Shown here: positions 1 to 14,109 of the stretch, piece by piece
How the letters are laid out: each line of letters opens with the position of its first letter
How positions within the stretch are numbered: the first letter of the stretch is position 1
Origin: Octopus sinensis
Taxonomy: Eukaryota
DNA length: 64,000 nucleotides
Direction: 5' to 3'
Assembly: GCF_006345805.1 (NCBI RefSeq)
Contig: NC_043011.1
Coordinates: 51,286,464 to 51,350,463, forward strand
Made by a program: the position numbers and the translations under genes
Notes under the pieces: model-generated
Database searches by the model: none
Seen by the model: only the letters and a program-made list of their open reading frames with translations
Told to the model about the DNA's origin: nothing

Positions 1-576
1 TGCAGGAAGAGGAGGAACATAGACCAGGCCCTTCACATAGACCCAGAGAAAAAATTGCAAGGTGTCAGGTCAGGTGAACATGGCGGCCATTTCAACAACA
101 CATTTCATGAGGATGTGCCAAACTGTCATTGGAGGAATCTGGGTTTCCAGACTTGATCTTCTTATGGACTTCTTGGGTGGGGCTTCACAAGAGTTTTTGC
201 CGAACCCACTTGACCGTCTCTTCCGATGTTAGTAGTCATCCAGATCCTTTTGCCCTGCACAGACAGCCTTTCTCTTTGAATTTTTTGTGCCATGTCCAAA
301 TCTGCATTGTTGTTGGTGACCTTTTAGAGAACTCTCTCGCAAATGCATGCTGCACAGTCTTGTTTGACTGTGTTCGAGCATACTCCAACACACAAAATGC
401 CTTTTCTCTTCCAGTGAATGCCGTTTCTATACCTGAAAAGATAAAGAGATCAAACATTAAACATAAAATTTTGACCTGTTTCTACACATACTGTTAAAAT
501 TTGAAGTCATTTGAACAAGAACTGGCAAAGTTATTAGATTGTGAAATGATATCAAATTTTTTAAAACATCCTGTGT
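1..576 (-). mobile_element. Internally deleted Tc1/mariner-superfamily DNA transposon remnant (runs off window start)
   Basis: Minus ORF 236-457 gives an HTH-like N-terminus (REKAFCVLEYARTQSNKTVQHAF...WHKKFKEKGCLCRAKGSG). Bases ~1-95 on minus read WPPCSPDLTPCNFFLWVYVKGLVY, matching the WPPRSPDLTPCDFFLWG catalytic motif. A TIR-like end (CAGGATGTTTT on minus) lies near 576. Confidence 0.75.
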
Positions 577-578
577 AT

Positions 579-612
<34 letters not shown>

Positions 613-776
613 TGTATGTATGTATATTATGTATGTATGTATGTATGTATGTATGTATGTATGTATGTATGTATGTATGTATGTATGTATGTAGTATGTA
701 TGTATGTATGTATGTATGATGTATGTATGTATGTATGTATGTATGTATGTATGTATGATGTATGTATGTATGTATG

Positions 777-810
<34 letters not shown>

Positions 811-875
811 TGTGTGTATGTATGTATGTATGTTTGTATGTATGTATATATGTATGTATGTATGTAGTATGTATG

Positions 876-906
<31 letters not shown>

Positions 907-958
907 ATATGTATGTATGTATGTATGTATATATGTGTGTATGTATGTATGTGTACAT
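577..958. repeat. (TATG)n microsatellite, ~380 bp
   Basis: Direct reading; source of the MYVC/HTYI pseudo-ORFs. Confidence 0.95.
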
Positions 959-1426
959 ATGGAGGCATATAGCATAGTGGTCCATCTGTGTTGTGTCATA
1001 TCTGCCACTGTGTGTAGTTTGACTCCTCGACGCCACTGATATAACGATACAGTTATACAGTGGGAGGTATCCTTGTTGCCACTGATATGTCCCACATCAT
1101 GACAACGTATTTTGTCGCCTGTGTGACTGGCCCAAAGCAACGTACCTCACTGACTGACACTACTTGGTGTGTCTGTTCACTATTCATTAGAAGTGGACCA
1201 ATCCACTTCTCATTTGGAGGTGTCCACCACAACATATAACTTCAGCAATGTAACTACACATGTGCTGTTGTGCTTTCTTTTCCTTCTTTGGACTTTTCCC
1301 TTTCTCCTTTCTGATGAAGAGCTATGCTCAAAATATCAAACTCTCTCTTTTCACTGAGTGTCAAACTAATATATTCCTTGTGCATCCTCTTGTTGTCTGT
1401 TAATTTTATTAATTTTTTTGAATTGA

Positions 1427-1427
<1 letters not shown>

Positions 1428-1486
<59 letters not shown>

Positions 1487-1497
1487 ATATCTATCTG

Positions 1498-1554
<57 letters not shown>

Positions 1555-1602
1555 ATATATATATATATATATATATATCTATATCTATATATCTATATAT
1601 CT

Positions 1603-1650
<48 letters not shown>
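1428..1650. repeat. (CTAT)n/(TA)n compound microsatellite
   Basis: Direct reading. Confidence 0.95.
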
Positions 1651-1654
<4 letters not shown>

Positions 1655-1689
1655 ACCCATTCTACTCGAGGTGACCTATTGAGTCAAGT

Positions 1690-1912
1690 ATGTCACCAGC
1701 AACATGAAAATAAAAATCAAATGGAAATTGTAGTTATGATACCTGTGCTGGTGGCATGTAAGAGTGGTTGGTTTTAGAAAGGGCATCCAGCCAGCCATAG
1801 AAACACTGCCAGATCAGATGAAGCCTGGTGCAGCCTCCTGGCTTCCAGACCCCGGTCAAACCGTCTAACCCATGCTAGCATGGAAAACGGATGCTAAACG
1901 ATGATGATGATG
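1690..1912 (+). mobile_element. SINE fragment, family C (3' tail ...GCATGGAAAACGGAYGYTAAACGATGATG)
   Basis: Shares blocks with the copies at 51300, 52265 and 59487; ends in (GAT)n. Confidence 0.65.
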
Positions 1913-1999
1913 AGATATATATATATATATGAATATATGTATATATAATTACATATGTATATGCATGCACAGTCAGTGGATACCTACTGTTAATGAGGC

Positions 2000-3130
2000 A
2001 CAAAAACAGACCAATTTCACATGATATAGTAGTTCCACTACTGCTGTTTGAAGTTTCTCATCTGCTACAGATATTTGTGTGCTTGTATGCACTAGACGTG
2101 TATAAGGTAGACTTTCTCAGGACAAATTCTGCAGTATTACAGCATTCTCATAATACATTCCCATTAAGTAAGGTAGAAAGACTGTCATAGCAGCATTCCT
2201 TGTCTGATAACCTTAAATATATACCCAAAGAAGTTGTACAACTCTATTACAACATATCATCAGATGAAACGATGAGCGTATATGAGCAGGAGACCATGCA
2301 TATATATGTTAGTAGAAAGCTCCAATATGATAGTAACATTGATTTTCGAAGCAGTCTATCATGGACCAAAAATCAGATGACTACCTCCAACTGTGAAGGG
2401 AACAGGAAATATCAATACCTAATGCACAAAAGGGACAGAGATGTAGGAAAAGCAGTAAAATGTGATAACTGATGCAGGCTTTGTGGAGTTAACACTGAAA
2501 CTTATCACCTACATCATAAGCAGTTGTCCAAAAACGTCATCATGGTACTATCTGCCTATGAGACATGATGTTGTAGCTCGGAGACTGTATAATGAGATCT
2601 GTTGAAAGGATAACTCCGAGGATAAAGAAATAAGGACCCATAGTATGTTGGAAGCCGTATCCACTCATAATATAAAGGAGTACTGGTGGAATGTCCCAGT
2701 GAAAACTTCTATAAAATGTAAACACAATAGATCTGATATAATGATTTGGAATAGAGAAGATTGTGGAAATCAGCTGCCCAATGGATGTTAGCATGAAGCT
2801 GAAGATCAGTGAAAAAGAAAATACCTACACTGAACTATTGAGAAATCTGTTGTTACTCTATCTGCATTACAAGTCTGAGTTTATACCTGTAATCATTGGG
2901 ACACTGGGATATGTAACACACTGCCTAAATGCCAATCTAGAAAAATTAGGTTTCTCAAAACCAGAAAGGAGAAAGCTAATTTGAAGACTACAGATCCAAG
3001 CTATCACTGGAACTGTAAAAATCTGTAAAACTTTCTAGAAGTTTATCATTTGAGTATATATGAGTGTGTCTAGATATGCAAGTATATGCATCAGAAGACA
3101 TGCATAAAACAAAACATACAAATATGCACG
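2000..3130 (+). mobile_element. Degenerate 3' end of an RLE-type (R2/R4/NeSL-like) non-LTR retrotransposon
   Basis: Frameshifted translation gives a CCHC knuckle (CRLCGVNTET/ITYIISSCPK...YLPMRHDVVAR) and a restriction-like endonuclease (WWNVPVKTSIKCKHNRSDIMIW...VEISCPMD...FIPVIIGTLG...VKICKTFL). It is followed by a short 3' UTR and (CATA)n. Confidence 0.75.
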
Positions 3131-3184
3131 AATACATACATACACACATACACACATACATACATACATACATACATACATACA

Positions 3185-3658
3185 TTATGGCTGCCCCCTC
3201 GTTATCGAGTATGGCCATTGCACGAAGCTTAACTGTCACTGGTGCTGTGATCGAATGTGACTTTTTAGCCCAGCTAAAGATCTACAATGTCTTGTACAAA
3301 ATTGGCAACTAAAACTTTTACCGGTAATAGCCGGATGTAGTTGTAACTGGGCTTCACATACCTTTGCATGTCGTTTAAGTCATCTTGCCGAATTACACTC
3401 TCTTCCACATGCCCGACAGATATGATTAGTATGGTGTGTTACACCACCACCAGTGGCCAGGTTGTCACTCATCTGTCTCGTTTTATGACTACGAAGATAA
3501 CTCATGAGTCCAGCTTTACTGAGGCAGGGTCTTGCACAGACATTGCATGTCAGAATCAAAGGAAGATCCTTCCCTTCTAGAAGTGTAACAGCGATGCCCT
3601 TCCTGACATCTCTCCTTGCTTTCTCATGTGCAACTCGAGATTTCTCAAACGTGGCTCA
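3185..3658 (-). mobile_element. 3' end of an RTE-like LINE ORF2 carrying three C-terminal zinc-finger motifs
   Basis: One minus frame (~3655 to stop at 3236-3238, one internal TGA): FEKSRVAHEKARRDVRKG...CNVCARPCLSKAGLMSYLRSH...CRACGRECNSAR*LKRHAKVC...CQFCTRHCRSLAGLKSHIRSQH. Short 3' UTR abuts the microsatellite. Confidence 0.65.
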
Positions 3659-3782
3659 AACATACGTACATACATACATACATACATACATACATACATA
3701 CATACATACATACATACATACATACATACACACACATATGCTTATATAAACAACCATCTATTGATCTATCTGTCCATCTATT

Positions 3783-3845
<63 letters not shown>

Positions 3846-3859
3846 TTTATTGTATATCT

Positions 3860-4440
3860 CTCCTGCCTTTGTTCCTAAGAGTAATTCTTTCAGCCTCTCT
3901 GAGTAGTTGAAGTGTTTCATTGATGCAATCTTCTTGATGTAACACCATTCAACTGCCTCAAGTTCTGCTATTTGCTTGACACTGCGGGAGAAATCTAAAC
4001 AGCTGAGGACAAATGTCCTCCATAGGACTAGCATAGTTTCCTTGTCCCTTGTTCTGAAAACTTTCAGAATCCTTCCTGCCATTTGCCTGTACATTGCCAT
4101 CATCTTAGTGATATAAACATGAAACAATGCATTGTTGCTCATATCAATTCCCAGATCCCATGCTGTCTTCAAACCTACTGACTCCCACCTATACTTCCAT
4201 TTTCCTCCTGCCACCCCTCCCACATCAAATGGGCCATCCCCTACTCCCAATTTCTCCATCTCCAGCATCTGTGCAGCTGAGACCAGGATTTTGAGATTCA
4301 CTTTCAATACTTGGCCTGTTTGTTCACTCATTGAAGACATCCCTCCACCCTTGTCCACACTGATCTTACCCATGCTTGTCAAACTGATCACACCTCCACC
4401 TTCTCTTCTTACCCGCACCTGTCTCCCAACTGCATCCCCA
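3860..4440 (-). mobile_element. CR1/L2-group LINE fragment (RT C-terminal region)
   Basis: ORF 3645-4418 contains DLGIDMSNNALFHVYITKM...MAGRILKVFRTRDKETMLVLWRTFVLSCLDF...IAELEAV...NYSERLKEL, typical of the CR1 RT C-terminus. Confidence 0.75.
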
Positions 4441-4737
4441 TCAACATCGTTTAACGTCCGCTTTCCATGCTAGCATGGGTATATATATTTAATTTCAAGA
4501 GAGTTAGAGGTTGTGAATCCAACCAACTAAGGAATAATATCTATCCAATATACTGCTGGTAGAATACCCAATTATTAATACACAAATGTTTTTTCAATGC
4601 ATGGCAATTAGATTACCAAATGTATTTATATTTATAACTTAACCTTATGAACTTTCTAAACTTTCTGACGAAGCCCAGAAACACACCCAAGTACTTTAAT
4701 ATTATATATATAATAATAATGGTTTTATCTCTAATTC

Positions 4738-4780
<43 letters not shown>

Positions 4781-5034
4781 TTTTTTATTTTACTTGTTTC
4801 AGTCATTTGACTGTGGCCATGCTGAAGCACCACCTTTAGTCAAACAAAACAACCCCAGGACTTATTCTTTGTAAGCCTAGTACTTATTCTATCAATCTCT
4901 TTCGCTGAGTTGCTAAGTTACAGGGATGTAAATACACCAACATTTGTTGTCAAACGATGAGGGGGGGGGGACAAACATATAACCTCTCTACAACTGGAGG
5001 GAGGAAAATATCATGGTCAGTTAGTTTTGTAAAC

Positions 5035-5436
5035 AATTGCTGCGTGGTAAGAAACTTGTTTCCCAACCACATGGTTATGGGTTCAGACCCACTGCGTGGA
5101 ACTTTGTACAAGTGTCTTCTACTGTAGCCAAGCAAAACCTTGTGAGTGTATTTGGTAAATGGAAACTGATGGAAGCCTGTCGTATATATATATATATGTA
5201 TATGTCTATGTGTGTGTGAGACTATGTCTGTGCTTGTCCCCCCTCTCACCACTGACAACCAGTGTTGGTGTGTTTACATCCCCATAACTTAGCAGTTCAG
5301 CAAAAGAGTCTGATAGAGTAAGTACTAGGCTTAAAAATAAGTCCTGCAATCGATTTGTTCAACTAAGACCACCCTCATGGTGGTGCTCCAGCATGGCCGC
5401 AGTCAAATGACTGAAACAAGTAAAAGAATAAAAGAA
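5035..5436 (+). mobile_element. tRNA-derived SINE, family A (near full length)
   Basis: A/B-box-like head (GTGGTAAGAAAC...GGGTTCAGACCC), body, internal (TA/TG)n and tail ...ACTGAAACAAGTAAAAGAATAAAAG. Related copies or pieces at ~4780-4975(-), 8845-9420(+), 16550-16880(+), 22530-22700(+), 26270-26400(-), 48590-48730(-), 51695-52035(+), 54620-55013(-), 58325-58470(+), 59955-60110(+). Confidence 0.8.
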
Positions 5437-5572
5437 TCTGGAATGAACCAGTTGTATAGAAGTCATGTGCTTCCGGTCATTTGAGTCTGATGAATCACCT
5501 ACACAACAAAGCACTTTATAGGGGCAAAACCAAAGGTCACTCTCTGACCAGCCATAACAATCAATCTTCTAA

Positions 5573-5624
<52 letters not shown>

Positions 5625-7314
5625 TATGTTGGCTTTGTTTAAACATTTGTTCCCCAACCCAGAATGTTGCGACTCATTGCCATTCATCCTTTAAGCAGCC
5701 CCTTCATAACACCCATCCTTTTCAGATTTACCTTCACCACTTCCAAAAGTTTCTTCCACTTGGATTATTTAGTCCATTTTCTGTAGTGGATGGTAGCTAG
5801 AGTAGAGATGTGTGGTGGTGGTGGTATGAACATGTGATGTTAGTTGATGGCAGCTAGAGTAGAGGAGGGTGATGCTGGTGGTACGGACATCATATGGCAT
5901 GTACAGGAGGTGGAAATGTGGTATGCCCATGCAGCAGCAAGTCTTACTGATGTGGATATGAGAATGCAATGGGTTATGATCTCTTCTGTTGACTTTAGAA
6001 GACAGGAGTCATATGTTGCAATGTTCATCAATTGCTGATATGATTATTTGGTGTAGGTGAAGTGAGAATGTGGCCACTGGGATTGCAAACTGATTTATAG
6101 ACTCTTTCTGTAATGAGCTCACTCCATGTACCTCTGGTGACAAGTTTATCCTATTATATAGTTAAAGTATGGTGACAAGCTGGCAGAATTGGTAATATGC
6201 TGGACAAAATGTTGAGAAATATTTCCTCTGGCTTTACATTCTGAGTTCAAACTCTGCTGAAGTTGACTTTGCATTTCATCCTTTCAGTACCAGTTGAGCA
6301 CTGCAGTCAATGTAATTGACTAGCCCCACCCCACTCCCACAAAATTCCAGACTTTTTGCCTACAGTAGAAAGAATCATACAGTCAAAGTCAGGACACTGT
6401 GTTGGAGAAGATAATAAAAATTTGATACTTTTTAATGGAAGATTTCTTTACACCTCTGATGTAGGCATCTCTACTCCCCCTTACTCGGTCTGATCATACT
6501 CTACCCATATTTCATGATTATAGTTCTGTTTAGATAACACAATGCTTTAGTGAATAAACAAAAGAAATCAACAAATTGAAGTTATTTTGTAAAAATAACT
6601 TTCCATTATTAAATTCAGTGTTTGCAAAATAGCATAGGTTCTTATATATAATTATTATGGCTTTAATTAAAAATTAAGGTTTTAATTAAAATATGAAAAC
6701 TTTAAAGCATAAAAATGGTGTCAGAGAACCAGAGGTGGTCACAGGCTGTTTGGTATCAAAGGGATTCAATTATAAATTTAAAGAGAATTTATTAAATTAT
6801 ATATTAATTTATCAAAATTGGATCAATACTTGTCTCATAAACTGAAAATATCTGCTCCACTTGTACTGTATAGAATAGTTTACAGGTGGAATGATGGTGA
6901 AAGAGTTACCAAATGGAAAATGTATTACTATGCTTGGCAAAAGTACAGAGATAAGAGCCAAGAATTGGCAGAAGAACTGCATCAAGAGAAATTATGTAGT
7001 TAGAACTGAGAAGAAATGGGTACAAGCATAGAAGCGTGGGTGAGATATTAACTTCATGGTGATAAGGTTCCATTTCCAATCAGACTATGTGGGGTTGTCT
7101 TTGGCAAGGGTCTTCTACCAAAGTTTCAAATCAACCCAAATCTTGTGAATGAAATTTGGTAGATAGAAACTGTGCTAAGAGGCATCAAATGTACATATGT
7201 ATGTACATACATATGTGCATGCAAACATACATACATACATACATACATATACACATACATACATATATACATATATACATATATACATATATACATATAT
7301 ACATATATACATAT

Positions 7315-7350
<36 letters not shown>

Positions 7351-7699
7351 GTATTAGCCGGTGTTTTCAAAGCAATGGATAGCTTTTTGCCGAAACCATG
7401 GTTCACTTTGTTCTCTTATACTTTATTATCATTTTATAATCTTCTCATAAGGACTTTTATGACTCTTATGACTACCTCAGTCCATCTAAATGTATATATT
7501 TGTCGTTACCTGTCATAAAATGCCTTTTATTATTTGCAAATGTGCATTTTCGTTGATTATTCATATTTTACCCTTACATTTCCACGTGTATTTTATATTT
7601 TCTTTTTGTAACATATTTCTACTATAAATCCTTAAATCCTTAAAAATGTTTTAGCCCGAAGGTTGCGGCCATGCTGGGGCACCATATATACATATATAC

Positions 7700-7744
<45 letters not shown>

Positions 7745-7959
7745 TACATATATATATACACATACATATGTGTGTGTGTGCATATGTATATGAATATCTT
7801 GATATATATAAATGGCAACTTCTGTCTGTCTGTTACCATCTTGCTGCCAAAACCACCAAACCATCAAACCATCAAACCAATCTTTAGCAAACTTTGCATC
7901 CATGTTGAACTAACATCCAGTTCAATTATAGGATAATTGGATGTCAAAAAAAATTTCTT

Positions 7960-8417
7960 AAGAAATAATGTCAATTACCTGTTGTTTCTAGCAAGTCGGG
8001 TTTACTGGTGGTGCTCTAATATTTTTCGCGCCTGCTATTTCAGTACAATTGAACTTTAAAAAATATATATATTACCCAGATTCATAATCTCTGTATTTTT
8101 CTACATGGATAAAAAAATTTGTAAAAACGTTACAAATTAAGACATTGTAGTGGGACCGGGGGGGGTGGGGACTAAAATTTTGAAAACATGATTTCTGGGC
8201 AAAATGATATTAACTCCCTTTTAACCGATGGAACAATACATAGTTAGTGGTCTTTCTTAAGAAGACAAAGCACTTTCATGCAAATCTATGCAAATTGTAC
8301 CCTCCCCATCTTCACTTTTAAACAAACAATAACTTCCATTACGCTGGTAATCAACTTCACTGTATATCAGTTGTGCTGAAGGTCATAACACATAGCCAAC
8401 GCCGGGATGTATTGCTA

Positions 8418-8419
<2 letters not shown>
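7960..8419 (+). mobile_element. Possible non-autonomous Helitron 3' portion
   Basis: Ends ...CATAGCCAACGCCGGGATGTATTGCTAG|T (CTAG 8415-8418), resembling Helitron GC-rich subterminal motif plus CTRR terminus. The 5' boundary is uncertain. Confidence 0.4.
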
Positions 8420-8480
<61 letters not shown>

Positions 8481-8767
8481 TAAAATTAATTAATTTATTA
8501 ATTAATCAATTAATTAATAATTAATAATTCTACCAAGTAAAAAAGCGTGTTACTGTCTGGGAGATCTCTATGGTAACAGAAAAGGCATTTTAACTCCTAT
8601 TTCTAAATTTGGTGTGTGGTGAAGCAATTAACTGACCCCTGATTATAATTATGTTTATAATTAGAGAATATTTGTGCGTGTGTATATATATATATATATA
8701 TATGTTTATATATGTATGTACAGATATATATACATATATATATGTATGTACGTATAGATATATATAC

Positions 8768-8816
<49 letters not shown>

Positions 8817-9464
8817 TTATACACTTATATATGTATGTACATGTTTGTGTGTCTGTGTTTGTCCAGCCCACCATCACTTCACAACCAATGTTGATGTATT
8901 TACATCCCTGTAACTTAGCAGTTTCGCAAAAGAGACCAATAGAATAAGTACTAGGCTTACAAAGAATAAATCCTTGGGTCAATTTAAAGGTGGTGCTCTA
9001 GCATGGCCACAGTCAATTGACTGAAACAAGTAAAAGAATATATATATATATCATAGGTGCAGGCATGGCTGTGTAGTAAAAAGCTTGCGTCTGAACCACA
9101 TGGTTATAGGTTCAGTTCCACTGCATGGAACTTTGGGCAAGTGTCTCCTGCTATAGCCCTGGGCTGACTAAAGCCTTGTGAGTGAATTTGGTAGATCAAA
9201 ACTGAAAGAAGACTGTTATATACATACAACTGGTGTTGTGGTGTTGGTTTGTTTACATCCCTGTAGTTTGGCGGAAATAGAGCGACAAAATAAGTTACCA
9301 GTTTTTTAAAAAATAAAATATGGCCTGAAGACAATTTGTTTGACTAAAACCCTTTAAGGACAGCGCCCTGGCATGGTCAAATTCCAGTGACTGAAATGAG
9401 TAAAAAAGATTTAAAAATAAGAGAGTGAAAGAAAAAGAGAAGAGGGAAGAGAGAGGGAGAGAGA

Positions 9465-9502
<38 letters not shown>

Positions 9503-9810
9503 TACTCATTTCAGTCTGTGCTGAGAGGAGAAATTGAAAAAACAACAACAACAAAAGAATAAAAATATTTTTTTTTAATTTTTATTATTCATTGCTTTTT
9601 TTTTTGTTTTGCTTATGCTTTATGTTTTTGTAAGGGATGGAGAAGATGAAAGAGAAGTGTTCAGGGGTTTTGTTTTTTTGGGGGGTGGGGGCTATATAAT
9701 AGTTTTCTTTCTTTTCCTTTTTTTTTTCTTTTTCAGGAATCCCGTGTTTTCTTCTGATGGTATTGCTTGTTGTGAAGAAATCCTAACTTGTTCTTTATTT
9801 TTGTTTCTAA

Positions 9811-9841
<31 letters not shown>

Positions 9842-10779
9842 TATTATTATTATTATTATTATTATTATCATCATTATTATTATTATTATCATTGTTGTTG
9901 TTAATTGTTTCTATATTCATTGTCATCATCAATATTATTATTATTATTATTATTATTATTACTGCTGTTGTTATTATTATTATTATTATTACTATTATTA
10001 TTAGTAGTAGTATTTTATTATTTTATTATGATCCTTCTTCATCTTTTTTGTTTGTGTTTGTTTCCCCTCCACCCCACACCAACTCATTCTGTAAAAACAA
10101 AAGAATGGTTGGTTGGTGTATATATTACTGTCCAAATCTTTTATGTAAATTAATCAACTAGCATTATTTTTTTTCTAATTTTTGGGGTACGAATGGGGGA
10201 ATGGGTGATATATGAGTTGCATTTTTTTTGTGTGTGTTCAGGAATGTTCTGGATCATGCAGAGATATAACAAGTAAAAGGGCCACATAATATATGTTAAT
10301 CCACAACAATTTTTAGCTACATGTTGGCAAGCTCTATACCGACAGACGACTTTTCATTTTTCTCTTTTTTTTCCAATTAAAAAATGTCCACTTTTTAAAT
10401 ACACTAATGAAATTAGAAGGACAAATATTGACTATAGATTGTTGGGTGGGGCAAGGTAAAAATAAAATAGAATTTTTTGAAATGTTTTTCTTTTCTGCTT
10501 CTTTTCATTTTTCTTCTCAAATACATTTTGAATATTTATTATCATTATTATTATCATTATTATTAAGTGCCCTCACCCACATTCAGCTCTGCCTGAGCAG
10601 AGAAATGACGTTGAGGTTTGCTACACAGCAGACATAGCAACCTCCAAGACCTGTAGGTATATATATAAGTCCAGCCTCCAAGACCTGTAGGCATACATAA
10701 GATCTCTCCCATTGGGTCTATTGTTTTGGTTGGGTGGACTATAAAATCAGCATTCCAAACTGAGGCCATCAGATGTGTA

Positions 10780-10881
10780 TATATGCACACACACACACAC
10801 ACACACACAAATATATATACATGTATGTTTATATATGTGTGTGTGTATCTATATATATATAATATATATATATATATACAT

Positions 10882-10925
<44 letters not shown>

Positions 10926-11083
10926 CATGTTTATACATATATATATATAATATATATATATATACATGTTTATATATATATATATATATATACATGTTAT
11001 ATATATATATATATAATATATATATACATGTTTATATATATATATATATATATGTTTATATATATATATATCTATATATATAT

Positions 11084-11135
<52 letters not shown>

Positions 11136-11250
11136 ACACACATATATGTTTATATATATATATATATATATAATATATATATATGCATGTTTATATATAT
11201 ATATAAAGAATAAATATATGTGTGTGTGTGTATGTATATATGTATGTATT
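10780..11250. repeat. (TA)n-rich compound microsatellite with periodic CATGTT interruptions
   Basis: Direct reading. Confidence 0.9.
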
Positions 11251-11947
11251 TGAGGGGACATGTTGTGCTAAGACATGGTACTCATAAAACATGCAGTCTG
11301 GTCCCCAATAAGTATGTGCGTGTGTGTGTGTGTGTGTGTGTGTATGAACAGTAAGGAGTTTGCTGTGTTGAACGAGTTTTGGATACCACGTTGAGCAAAT
11401 TGAGTAACTGACTATTACAGATGCATTTGTTTTATGGTCCCTATTTTTTTTTAATGACATTAAGAATGTTTGATTAAGGAAATTTGGCTGTTTCGAGCAA
11501 CAACTATATAGAAGTTCCCTTGCTGGTTTATGGGGTCTTTCTATCAAAAGAAAGTAGGGAATTTGAATGGAAAAAAAAAAATTAAACTTGCCACAAAATT
11601 TGAGGTGGTTGGGTGACCTCATTAGAAGCTTCCACAATAGAATTGTTATTATTGTTGATGATGGTAACGATACATACACACACACACACACATACACACA
11701 CACACGCACACATATATGTATGAATATATATATATATGTATGTATGAATGTGTATATATATATATGTATGTGTATGCATGTATGTATGTATGTATGTGTG
11801 TATGTATGCATGTATGTATGTATATATATATATACATATATATACACTGTTGTCATTAAAGATTTTGTGTTTTGTGTGAATGAATGGAGAAAAATATTAA
11901 GAGAAAAGAATTTATAAAAAGCAAAGTTTTGGTAACCAACAGTTTAT

Positions 11948-11978
<31 letters not shown>

Positions 11979-12441
11979 AATATATATATATATATATATT
12001 AATATATATGTATGTATATTTATATATATGTGTATATATGTATATTTATATCTATATATATATAAATATGTATGTATTATGTATATATATATTTTTGTAT
12101 ATGTATGTACGTATGTATGCATACACTTGACTCCATAGAAATTATAGAAGTGTTCAGTAAATATTTATACCAAATTTATACTACCTCGGGAAAGTAACTC
12201 TGCTGGTTGAAAGTAGAGTCTTTTCTAAGACAAAATATATCTATTACATACTTACATACATACCTACATACATACATACATACATATATATATATATATT
12301 ATATATATAATATATATATACATATATATATTTATATATATACACACATATATATACATACACATATATATACATGCATATATAAATATATATATACATA
12401 TATGTATACATATATATAATATACATATCTATTTGTATACA

Positions 12442-12485
<44 letters not shown>

Positions 12486-13332
12486 ATATATTACACATAC
12501 ATACATATACGTATATAAACACTGACGTTAGTATTATTTTCTGCGAAGTGTTCAGTTTTATTGCCTTAGTTTGCAAAGATGCATCAATCACACAAAATAG
12601 ACACAGATAACAATGTCAAGGTCAAGGTTAAAATTTAAGGTCAAGGACAGATTTGATGGAGGGGTTGATGATATACAAATATACAAATATACATACAGCA
12701 TAAAAAACATACACAAAAAAATAAAAAAGATACAGAGAAAAAAAATAGGGAAGGGACTGATTTTTTTTGTGTGTGTCTTATTTTTTTACAACATTGGAAT
12801 CATAGAATTAAATCACTCCCATTTGAAAAATTTTTTTGTGTTTTTTCTTCTTCAATATTTTCAATGATAATTTGTTTTTATTTTTTTTTTTTGCTCTTTT
12901 TATTGCTTATAGATGAACGTCTTGAAAACCTGCATGTTATGTCCTTTTACAGTCCCAGATATCTGCAGGTAGATATTTTCAGAACTTGTATGATAACAGA
13001 GTCATTGATTTTTAATATAGTTTTTTAAAATTATTATTATTATTATTATTGTTTTTGGTTTTTTTTCTCACAAAGACTGCATAGTTACAGTCAAAAAAAA
13101 AAAAGAAAAGAAAAGAAAAAATTACACCTGTCTCACATGTAGAAATACCTCCATTGCCTGCATAATTTATATACACTCACTTTTCTACAAGTACATTCTA
13201 CATACACTCCCACCACATTCCAGGTCTATGTCTCTGTTGCCACTGCCATAGAGTATAAGTACAACTCGTCGCTTCTTTGAACAGGTGTAAACATCTTGTT
13301 TTTGTTTGTTTTGCAGTGTCCAGAATATGGTC

Positions 13333-13373
<41 letters not shown>

Positions 13374-14109
13374 TATATTTATATATATATATATGTATGT
13401 ATGTGTATGTATGCATATATTTATATATATGTATGTACATATATATATATAGAAGAGAATCCATTTCTATATCTTGCATGATATATTTCATATTTTGTCT
13501 TGAAGAAAGTAAAGAAAAAAAATGCTCTTGTTAGTAAGATTACAAACTCTAGAGTTCAGCTTTCCAGGGTAGAATATATACTCTGCTTCTTAGATAATGT
13601 CCACAACACATAAACTCTCTCCCTCTGCAAACAAAGATCAATGTCATGCACCAAACTGATGATGCTGATCCTGGTTTTTGTATATTTATTCATTATTTTT
13701 TTATTATATCTTTTTCTTTTGGTGAACTGTATGTTAGTATAATAAAATAACATACCTGATTCTATGCTATCTAAAATAATTATCTTTTTTTTCTTTTAGA
13801 GGATTTTTCTATTTTTTTAATAATTTACCATTTTTAAAAATATTAACTTCCATAATTTTTATTTTTTAAAGAGTGAAACATGAAAAAACTATTAATAGGT
13901 GATATGACAGAAAAGAGATTCACTTTTATAAAAAATAGAACACAGATGCTACATAAGATTGGTGATTGACTAATATCAAAAGAAAAGACCTGTTAACGCA
14001 CTACATTATTATAATGTTAGTGCTCCAGCTTGGTCACAAACACAGTTATAAATTTTCTAACAAAACTACCTTATCTAAGTTAAATCAGACTTGGTTTTGA
14101 CTGATAACA

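Noticed and set aside
4661-4695. CTGACGA-AGCCCA-GAAA hammerhead-like remnant
   Set aside because: The 3' half of stem II and the NUH/stem I are missing; too decayed to call.
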